A stretch of DNA of 30,752 nt from a virus (Duplodnaviria > Caudoviricetes), in IMG/VR virus record IMGVR_UViG_3300028585_000054, positions 1 through 30,752 of that record. One strand, 5' to 3'. The notes beneath the pieces are model-generated. The model worked only from the letters and a program-made list of their open reading frames with translations, made no database searches and was not told the DNA's origin. The position numbers were made by a program, and so were the translations under genes. Position 1 is the first letter of the stretch. Each line of letters starts with the position of its first letter. Shown piece by piece: positions 24,961 to 30,752 of the stretch.

Positions 24961-25196
24961 GGGCGCTGATCCTGTGCCTGATGCTGGCCGGCTGCGCGTC
25001 CGGGCCGCAGAAGATTCCGATGCCGGTCGCGGTCGGCTGCGTCGGCGCGGTGCCGGCGCGCCCGGTGAGCACCTTCGGCGCCGGCGCTTACCCGGGCGAC
25101 AAGGCCGCCGCGCAGGCTGCGCTGATTGACGGCGCTGCCTGGGAGGGCTACGCCCTGAAGCTCGAGGTGGTCATCGCCGGCTGCCCAAGGAAGTAG
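24957..25196 (+). CDS. Outer-membrane lipoprotein spanin (Rz1-like)
   Basis: GTGA overlap; signal MRALILCLMLAG-C lipobox; Pro-rich. Confidence 0.85.
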   Translation: MRALILCLMLAGCASGPQKIPMPVAVGCVGAVPARPVSTFGAGAYPGDKAAAQAALIDGAAWEGYALKLEVVIAGCPRK

Positions 25197-25356
25197 GGGA
25201 GAGGCGCGCCCGGGCCGTCCATGCACGTGCCCATCTGATGGCGGCCCGGCGGGTCTCGTCATTCTCGGCAAGGATGAACCGGTCGAGAGCGAGTGATGAC
25301 CTGTAACGTGCATATGCGCTGGCGGTCAGGAAAGGCGGTCGGTCATGGCGCCGAAT

Positions 25357-25455
25357 GCTGTACTATTTACGAAACCTGAACTGAACGAAAACAAGGGCTT
25401 ACAGCAGTGTCTGCTGGTGGTTTATAGTACAGCCGTTGAGACGTAAGGGCTTGTT
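25357..25455. promoter_or_regulatory. Putative att arm: integrase arm-type and IHF-like sites
   Basis: GCTGTACTAT (25357-25366) and ATAGTACAGC (25424-25433) form a perfect inverted pair; AAACAAGGGCTTA and opposite-strand CAACAAGCCCTTA resemble WATCAANNNNTTR. Confidence 0.5.
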
Positions 25456-25490
25456 GAGAAAGTGAAATTCCAGAATCACTGGATAGCTTC

Positions 25491-25528
25491 ATAGCCTACC
25501 GGGGGTTCGAATCCCCCTCTCTCCGCCA
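25491..25528 (+). other. Prophage att core: 3' fragment of tRNA-Ser (partial variable arm, T-arm, acceptor strand)
   Basis: ATAGCCTACCGGGGGTTCGAATCCCCCTCTCTCCGCCA has T-arm GGGGG-TTCGAAT-CCCCC and a GCCA end with G discriminator; no 5' half upstream. Confidence 0.9.
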
Positions 25529-25536
25529 AGATACCC

Positions 25537-25564
25537 AAAAGCCCCGATCAGGGGCTTTTTTTTT
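25537..25564 (+). terminator. Rho-independent terminator (original tRNA terminator, possibly bidirectional)
   Basis: AAAAGCCCC-GATCA-GGGGCTTTTTTTTT. Confidence 0.85.
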
Positions 25565-25581
25565 ATCCCCTCCCTGAGAGG

Positions 25582-25677
25582 ATGCAGGGCATACCTGGGG
25601 CCGAATGGCCGCAGCTCTTCGAAGACCTAGGGCTCATGTCAGGCGCTGTGCTGACGTTCATGCAGTCGAAAGAATAA
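25582..25677 (+). pseudogene. Fragment resembling the C-terminus of a DUF1799-type tail assembly chaperone
   Basis: MQGIPGAEWPQLFEDLGLMSGAVLTFMQSKE* resembles the G.P...W..LF.DL..ME.A.L..M ending of that family (recalled, not searched). Confidence 0.45.
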
Positions 25678-25704
25678 GGGCCCCTCAACGTTAGAGGAGC
25701 CCTT
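25668..25704 (-). terminator. Terminator of yefM-yoeB operon
   Basis: Minus-strand stem AAGGGCTCCTC/GAGGGGCCCTT (one G-U pair) followed by ATTCTTT, just after the yoeB stop. Confidence 0.6.
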
Positions 25705-25709
25705 GACGG

Positions 25710-25967
25710 TCAGTAGTGATGGCGGCAGCTGATGACGGTTATTTCGTCATCGTCGGCTTGGTAGACGAGGCGGTTTGATTCGTCAATTCGCCTTGACCAA
25801 AAGCCGCTCAGGCTGTGCTTGAGGGGCTCTGGTTTACCGATCCCGACGAAAGGATCGCGCTGAACGTCTTTGATCAGCTCATTGATACGTTTCAGCGTCT
25901 TTCTATCTTGCGTTTGCCAGTAGATATAGTCGGTCCAAGACTCATCCGTGAACTTCAGATTGCGCAT
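25710..25967 (-). CDS. yoeB: YoeB/Txe type II toxin (ribosome-dependent mRNase)
   Basis: W.DY.YWQ..DRK.LKRIN.LIKD..R.PF.GIGKPEPLKH.LSG.WSRRI...RLVY...SCR.HY. Confidence 0.96.
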   Translation of the reverse strand: MRNLKFTDESWTDYIYWQTQDRKTLKRINELIKDVQRDPFVGIGKPEPLKHSLSGFWSRRIDESNRLVYQADDDEITVISCRHHY

Positions 25968-26241
25968 CTTGCTCTTCCTTGGCTTCGGGTACGTCGATCA
26001 GCTCCCGATGCCTCGCTTGACCTGCACGAGCTTGCGCGATGGATTTTGCCAAATGAGCTGCATTTGCAGGCGAGCTCAACAGGTAGACAGTCTCCATGAG
26101 GCTGCTGTAGTAATCGAAGGACATGACGACGGCATCAGCCGCATCACGACGTGAGATTACTGTCACGTCGGCATCCTCGACTACTTGGTCGATAACGGTC
26201 CGAAGACTGTTGCGAGCATCAGAAAAATTGATGATTCTCAT
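25942..26241 (-). CDS. yefM: YefM/Phd antitoxin
   Basis: FSDARNSL..VID.V..D.....I.R, Y.SLMET.YLL.SPANA.HL..SI.Q; RBS AGGGAG; upstream of yoeB. Confidence 0.95.
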   Translation of the reverse strand: MRIINFSDARNSLRTVIDQVVEDADVTVISRRDAADAVVMSFDYYSSLMETVYLLSSPANAAHLAKSIAQARAGQARHRELIDVPEAKEEQDAQSEVHG

Positions 26242-26349
26242 GGGGCACTCCCTTGCTTATCCGTTGGAATGAGTAGTTAGATAGGGTCGTTAGCGAATTT
26301 GGTATGGGCGCCGTTGTAAGTATGAGTATGTATCTAACGGATGAAGACT

Positions 26350-26401
26350 TGTACGATTAACTGTACAGGTTAAAGTATAACCTATTTATGATGGATAGCA
26401 A
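26350..26401 (-). promoter_or_regulatory. yefM-yoeB promoter and operator
   Basis: Minus-strand TTGCTA-16bp-TATACT; TGTACA (26362-26367) and TGTACG (26350-26355) cores 12 bp apart, as in the E. coli yefM-yoeB operator. Confidence 0.7.
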
Positions 26402-26869
26402 GCGCCCTACGCACTACCTTAAGAAAGTAGTTACTTAGCACGTGAGCAATGATGTGGGGGGAAGAGGGACCTTCACTGTACGGCATTAGCCTGGCCAGGC
26501 AGGTTTTTTGGGCGGCTCTACGCAAAGAGAGAACTGCAATCACAGCGCTAGCGGCAAGGTGAGTCCTTATCCGCATGCGCGCAGGCTACGCAGATGCGGC
26601 CGGGTACACATTGTCCTGCGCAGTCCAGCTGCTGAATATCACCGCGTTGGGTGTGTACGTGAGCCGCCGGCGCAGTAGCAGGGCAATCCAGAGTGGGATC
26701 TTGCGTCCGTACTCCTCAGCAAACTCGGCATAGTAAAAAGCGTAGCGGTGCGCTGTCCATCGCTGCTGTACTAGGCGTAGACTACATCGGGCATCGCTGC
26801 GGCTGCAGCTCTGGGCTGGCATTTCATCGGCCGAGTCCACTCAAAGCAGCCGCTTCTTACTTGGCATTC

Positions 26870-27649
26870 CTACAGCCTTCCCTGCAGCGACCGCCCCGGC
26901 TGATACACCACCCGTCCGATCACGCTGCATTCTCCACTACGCGCATTCACCGGCCCGAAGTCCGGATTCACCGAATGCAGATACCACTCCCCGCTACGCT
27001 TGACCATCTGCTTCACGCAGCAATCGCCATCGAAGTTCAGCGCATACAGCTCGCGATTGACCAGCTTCTTGTCGGTCGGATCGATCACGATCACGTCGTC
27101 TTCGAACATGAGCGGCTCCATGCTCTGGCCGCGGACCTGGATCGCAATCAGCTTGTCCGGATTGAGCTTGCCGCGCTCGATGTCCGCGCGTGGGATCCGG
27201 ATGCTGCCGCTGTCCTCGACCACGGGCTCGGTGCCGAACCGTGCCACGCCGGCGCGCAGTTTCAGGGTGACCAGCCGGACCCCGACCGTGTCCGCGTCTT
27301 CTGATTGAAGCACGCGCCTGGCCCTGGCCAGCACGCCATCATTCGCCGCCACGCCGTCCGGCATGGCAGCCGAGACGTAGCCGCTTAACTGTTCCTGTAA
27401 ACGGGGACTGAAGTCCGCCACAGTGCATCCCATGACCGAGGCGAACCGGGTAGCGGCGCCGACGTTCAGGGGAATGCGCCCGTTCAGATATTGGCTGAGT
27501 GCACTCTGATTGAAGCCCAGCAGTTCACCAGCCGCCTCTTGCGAAGCAGGGTGGCCGGCGTCCTTCTGACGCTTCTGCCATTCGACGAAGCGCTGCTTCA
27601 GGCGCGCAGCATCGTCGAGCTGCGCTGGGGTGAGGGGAAGGGCAGGCAT
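26870..27649 (-). CDS. CI/LexA-like repressor (XRE HTH + S24 autopeptidase)
   Basis: HTH SQEAAGELLGFNQSALSQYLNGRIPLN; Ala-Gly cleavage site LRAG; catalytic Ser VRGQSMEP and Lys CVKQ; start MPALPLT at 27649 inferred. Confidence 0.92.
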   Translation of the reverse strand: MPALPLTPAQLDDAARLKQRFVEWQKRQKDAGHPASQEAAGELLGFNQSALSQYLNGRIPLNVGAATRFASVMGCTVADFSPRLQEQLSGYVSAAMPDGVAANDGVLARARRVLQSEDADTVGVRLVTLKLRAGVARFGTEPVVEDSGSIRIPRADIERGKLNPDKLIAIQVRGQSMEPLMFEDDVIVIDPTDKKLVNRELYALNFDGDCCVKQMVKRSGEWYLHSVNPDFGPVNARSGECSVIGRVVYQPGRSLQGRL

Positions 27650-27674
27650 GCGCGTAAAGGATGGTAAAAATTGC

Positions 27675-27703
27675 ATTCTACAATTAGTCAGACTGCTGAA
27701 CAA
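27675..27703 (-). promoter_or_regulatory. pRM-like promoter for the repressor
   Basis: Minus-strand TTGTTC-17bp-TAGAAT with one operator filling the spacer. Confidence 0.65.
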
Positions 27704-27747
27704 GAAAATTAGTCAGACTGTTGACCGTTTTGATTAGTCAGACTAAT
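27683..27747. promoter_or_regulatory. Three 15-bp operators at exact 25-bp period
   Basis: ATTAGTCAGACTGCT (27683), ATTAGTCAGACTGTT (27708) and perfect palindrome ATTAGTC-A-GACTAAT (27733). Confidence 0.9.
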
Positions 27748-27749
27748 AT
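27721..27749 (+). promoter_or_regulatory. pR-like sigma70 promoter
   Basis: TTGACC-17bp-TAATAT overlapped by two operators. Confidence 0.8.
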
Positions 27750-27905
27750 TAAGTCATGGGAGGCGTTTGAGCGAGCGCAAAGTTAGGGCGATTTTGCAGC
27801 AGAACATGAACCGCGCACGCCGTCGTGTAGTTGAACTGGCCAATGCCGGCGCTGGGCGGAGGCTGTTTTGGGCGCATACAGCACGGCCCGATCGAAAGGC
27901 ATGTA

Positions 27906-28139
27906 ATGAGCAAGATCACCGTACCGGAATTTAGCAGCTATGCCGGCGCCATCAGCGCGGTCTGTGCATCGCTGACACTCACCGACGTCGGCGTCGCTGT
28001 CGGCATCGGCACCGCCGTCCTCACCTTTGCGATGAACGTCCTCTACATGCGCCGCAAGGATGCGCGCGAGCAGCGCCAGGCCGATCTCGATGCACGCGAG
28101 AGCGAGGCGCGCCTGGCGGCGCTTGGCATCCAGTCATGA
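27906..28139 (+). CDS. Orphan holin, paralogue of the prophage holin (77 aa)
   Basis: RBS GAAAGG; hand alignment to 23892-24128 gives 36/78 identities (MSK..PE..SYAGA, LT..D....VGI..A.LTF..N..Y, D.REQR..DL). Confidence 0.85.
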   Translation: MSKITVPEFSSYAGAISAVCASLTLTDVGVAVGIGTAVLTFAMNVLYMRRKDAREQRQADLDARESEARLAALGIQS

Positions 28140-28160
28140 ATCGCCAGGCTGGCCAACCAG

Positions 28161-29339
28161 TCAGACGGACCGGAGCTTGGCCACCAGGCCACTGCCAAGC
28201 ACCGCCAGCAGCGCGATGCCCGCCGATACATAACCAACGTAACCCGCGCCCCAGGCCGACACGCTCAGACCCCCGATCATGGCGCCGAACGCAATCCCGC
28301 CATTCGCCGCCGACACGTTGATCGTCCCGGCCAGCGCCTGCGCCTTGGCCGCCGCCTTCATCACGCGGATCTGGCAGATCGGGTACAGCGCCGTATTCGC
28401 AATCCCCCACAGCGCCAGGGCCAGCGCGAACCACAGCCGCGAGCCGACCAGCGCCATGCTGGCCGCCATGCCCAGCGCCAGCAGCGCGCTGAACAGGGCG
28501 GTGGTGGCGAGCGGCTTGCTGTCCACCCAGCGCCCGCCCAGCCAGTTACCGAACAGGCCGACGGCGCCAAAGCCCATCAGCCACCAGCCCACCTGGCTCG
28601 GTGCGATGCCGGCCGACTTTTCCAGCGTCTCGGCCAGGTAGGTGTAGCCCGCGAACATGGCGGTGAACACCAGCACCGACAAGGCGACGTTCGCGAGGAA
28701 GAAGGGGCTTTTCAGGATCGCGGCCTGCTCGCCGATGGCCACCTTCTTGGTGGCGCGCACCGTCGGCATGCTGATCTGGATCAGCACCGCGATCACCAGC
28801 GACAGCACGGCCAGCAGGGCGAAGGCGCCGCGCCAGCCGATGGCGTTCGAGGACAGGGTGCCGAGCGGAATACCGAACAGCATGGCGGCCGAGATACCGA
28901 GGTAGACCGTCGCCACGGCCTTGCCGCCGCGGTCCGGCCCGGCGATCTGGGCTGCGGTTTCGCTGGCCGTGCCCCAGAACACGGGCAGCGCCAGCGCCGG
29001 CAGCAGGCGCGCGATGGCCAGCACCCAGATGTTCGGCGCCAGCGCAGCCAGGCCGTTCGATGCCGCGAACAGGACCAGGATCGCCACGAACAGGCGCTTG
29101 CGGTCGACGTTGGCGAGCCAGGCGGTGAGGAAAGGGCCGCACAGCATGACGACGACGGCGAACATCGTCACCAGCTGGCCGGCGGTAGAGACGGCAATGC
29201 CGAGCTCGCGTGCGAGCGAAGGCAGCAGGCCGACGATCAGGAATTCCGTGGTCACGATCACGAAGGCGGCGATGGCCAGGATGGGAATGGCGGCGCCGCC
29301 GGAGCGGGGCAGGGAAGGGGAAATTGTTGTTGTATTCAT
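28161..29339 (-). CDS. MFS transporter (DHA1, AraJ/NepI-like efflux)
   Basis: AF.I.TTEF.IVGLLP, AGQLVT, G.PLGT.....IGWR.AF motifs; about 12 hydrophobic segments; start ATG 29339 inferred. Confidence 0.92.
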   Translation of the reverse strand: MNTTTISPSLPRSGGAAIPILAIAAFVIVTTEFLIVGLLPSLARELGIAVSTAGQLVTMFAVVVMLCGPFLTAWLANVDRKRLFVAILVLFAASNGLAALAPNIWVLAIARLLPALALPVFWGTASETAAQIAGPDRGGKAVATVYLGISAAMLFGIPLGTLSSNAIGWRGAFALLAVLSLVIAVLIQISMPTVRATKKVAIGEQAAILKSPFFLANVALSVLVFTAMFAGYTYLAETLEKSAGIAPSQVGWWLMGFGAVGLFGNWLGGRWVDSKPLATTALFSALLALGMAASMALVGSRLWFALALALWGIANTALYPICQIRVMKAAAKAQALAGTINVSAANGGIAFGAMIGGLSVSAWGAGYVGYVSAGIALLAVLGSGLVAKLRSV

Positions 29340-29439
29340 CGCGCAGTTCCAAAAATAGACCGTGCATCGTAATAAAGAATAGAATTCCAGTGTTGGATAT
29401 AAATTCACGGTATTAATGGAATTAAATTCTCTAAGAAAA

Positions 29440-30357
29440 ATGACCCCTTCGGAACGCCTGAAAGGCCTGGCGACCTTTGTCGCCGTAGCGGAAGCCGGCA
29501 GCTTCACGGCGGCGGCGGCGCGCCTGAACCTCACCAACTCGGCGGTCGGCAAGGCCGTCGCGCGCCTGGAGGAACGCCTGGGCCAGCCGCTGTTCGACCG
29601 CAGCCGGCGCCGCCTGGAACTGACCGATGCCGGCGAGGTGTTCTACAAGGTGTGCGTGCGCGTGCTGGAAGAACTCGAGGCGGCCGAGCGTGTCATCTCG
29701 GCCGACGAGATCGCACCGTCCGGCCGCCTGCGGGTCGACCTGCCCGCGACCTTCGGCCGCATGCACGCCTTGCCTGCGTTGCTGGACTTTGCCGAGCGCC
29801 ATCCGCAGGTGCTGCCGCAGGTGTCGTTCACCGACCGCTTCGTCGATCCGGTCGAGGATGGCCTGGACCTGGTGGTACGCATCGGCGGCGGCGACACCTG
29901 GCCGGCGGCGCTCGACTACCGCTATCTCGGGCACGAGGAACTGGTGTTCTGCGCCTCGCCCGCGTATATCGCGCTGCATGGCGCGCCGCAATCGCTGGAC
30001 GAACTGTGGCGGCATGCGGCTGTGCTCTACGGGCGGGCCGATGGCAGTACCAGCCCCTGGCTGATCGACGATGGCCAGGCGCCGCTGGCGCGCCAGCACG
30101 TGGAAGGGCGGATCGTGCTGGGCCAGGCCGAGGCGCAGGTGGCGGCGGTGGAGGCAGGGCTCGGGATCGGCCAGCTGGCGACCTGGCTGGTCGAGGGGCA
30201 GTTGCGCGAGGGGCGGCTAGTGCAGGTGCTGCCGCAGCTGGCCACGCGCGGGCTGCCGCTGCATCTGGTCTGGCAGAGAACGCGCCAGCACGTGCCGAAG
30301 GTGCAGGCGTTGATTGCGCACCTTGCGGCGACGCTGGGGATTGGGCGCGTGGGGTAA
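29440..30357 (+). CDS. LysR-family transcriptional regulator
   Basis: F.AVAEAGSFTAAA.RL....SAV.KAV.RLE.RLG..LFDR HTH; PSGRLRV, D.VE.G.DL.VR; divergent from MFS; start 29440 or 29416. Confidence 0.95.
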   Translation: MTPSERLKGLATFVAVAEAGSFTAAAARLNLTNSAVGKAVARLEERLGQPLFDRSRRRLELTDAGEVFYKVCVRVLEELEAAERVISADEIAPSGRLRVDLPATFGRMHALPALLDFAERHPQVLPQVSFTDRFVDPVEDGLDLVVRIGGGDTWPAALDYRYLGHEELVFCASPAYIALHGAPQSLDELWRHAAVLYGRADGSTSPWLIDDGQAPLARQHVEGRIVLGQAEAQVAAVEAGLGIGQLATWLVEGQLREGRLVQVLPQLATRGLPLHLVWQRTRQHVPKVQALIAHLAATLGIGRVG

Positions 30358-30638
30358 CCGTGGGGTGGGTTGAGCCGCGCAAGGTGTTGCTCGCCCTTGC
30401 GGAACGACGCGTCGTGTTGGCTGGCGACAGTGCCAACATCGCACAACCGTAGGGTGGGCACACTGTGCCCACGCGGAACGATGCGTCGTGTTGGCTTATG
30501 ATAGAGCCGCACCGGATGCGCAGATGTGGCGCCAACAATGATCATTTGGAAGCGCTGCGTTTGGGCCACATGCGCGCATCCAACGCGGTCAACACCGGTC
30601 AAGCTTCCGCGTGGGCACGGAGTGCCCACCCTACGGTT
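30356..30638. repeat. GTAG-type REP elements: inverted pair (REPIN) plus a degenerate copy
   Basis: AACCGTAGGGTGGGCAC-ACT-GTGCCCACGCGGAA (30445-30478) and its inverted copy (30605-30638); degenerate copy at about 30356-30422 shares GCGGAACGAYGCGTCGTGTTGGCT. Confidence 0.8.
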
Positions 30639-30752
30639 TGCGCAGCCGCACCGGTCAGCGTGTCGCGATCTTCGTGGCTGATTTTCGCAGCCGGCGCGCA
30701 CCCAATACCACCGCGGTGGCACTGAGCAGCACGCCGCCGACACACAGCAGGA

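Larger units (their letters stand above)
1..25528 (+). mobile_element. Lambdoid/HK97-like siphovirus prophage (right part; left end with integrase and immunity region lies outside the window)
   Basis: Continuous co-oriented replication-Q-packaging-head-tail-lysis gene order with many ATGA/TGATG overlaps, ending at a tRNA-Ser 3' fragment. Confidence 0.95.
25565..28160. mobile_element. Degenerate second prophage remnant/islet downstream of att
   Basis: Tail-chaperone fragment, TA pair, lower-GC spacer, CI-like repressor with operators, holin and possible endolysin stub. Confidence 0.6.

Noticed and set aside
25440-25528. Complete tRNA-Ser gene
   Set aside because: Only the 3' 38 nt are tRNA-like; there is no GGAGAG 5' acceptor strand, D arm or anticodon arm upstream.
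26586-26840. 84-aa minus-strand ORF downstream of CI, and the 64-aa ORF at 26382-26576
   Set aside because: No convincing RBS, atypical codon usage and no recognisable motif; the second overlaps the TA promoter.
27683-27747. Three regularly spaced repeats as a mini CRISPR array
   Set aside because: Repeats are 15 bp with 10-bp spacers, palindromic and overlapping divergent promoters beside a repressor; no cas genes. They are operators.
25350-27760. LexA (SOS) boxes near att, the TA promoter or the CI switch
   Set aside because: CTGT and ACAG half-sites occur but none form a CTGT-N8-ACAG 16-mer; they are better explained as integrase arm sites and the YefM operator.
27831-27905. N-terminal extension of the orphan holin from TTG 27831 (and similar extensions of TMP, MFS, HNH and Rz in the ORF track)
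   Set aside because: Homology to the prophage holin and the RBS place the start at ATG 27906; the other extensions overlap upstream genes or terminators and lack RBSs.
28159-28166. AGTCAGAC matching the operator core downstream of the orphan holin
   Set aside because: Only the 8-bp core matches, flanks lack the dyad, and it coincides with the MFS stop codon; probably chance.
30358-30752. ORFs in the terminal region (30465-30725 and minus-strand frames)
   Set aside because: They run through REP repeats, with no RBS or recognisable protein features.

Overview
The window holds the right-hand ~25.5 kb of an apparently intact HK97/lambdoid siphovirus prophage in a GC-rich host, probably a betaproteobacterium (Burkholderiales-like; inferred). 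Gene order: antirepressor C-terminus, O-like replication protein, nin-like genes, Q-like antiterminator, structured late leader, HNH/cos/terminase, portal-protease-capsid, an extra putative fibre cassette, head-tail and tail genes (with a -1 frameshift chaperone), tape measure, tail tip, then holin/SAR-endolysin/spanins. The prophage ends at an att site that is the 3' end of a tRNA-Ser (25491-25528). Beyond att lies a ~2.6 kb island that looks like a much older, mostly deleted prophage. It has a tail-chaperone fragment, an intact yefM-yoeB toxin-antitoxin pair and an intact CI-like repressor. The repressor sits beside a complete lambda-style three-operator divergent switch whose rightward promoter leads to an orphan holin, with no cro and only a possible stub of endolysin. 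This CI-holin module is the best candidate for a novel system, possibly a DNA-damage- or phage-triggered suicide or abortive device. The window ends with host genes (MFS transporter, divergent LysR regulator) and REP/REPIN repeats. All calls come from motif recognition and gene order, with no database searches.
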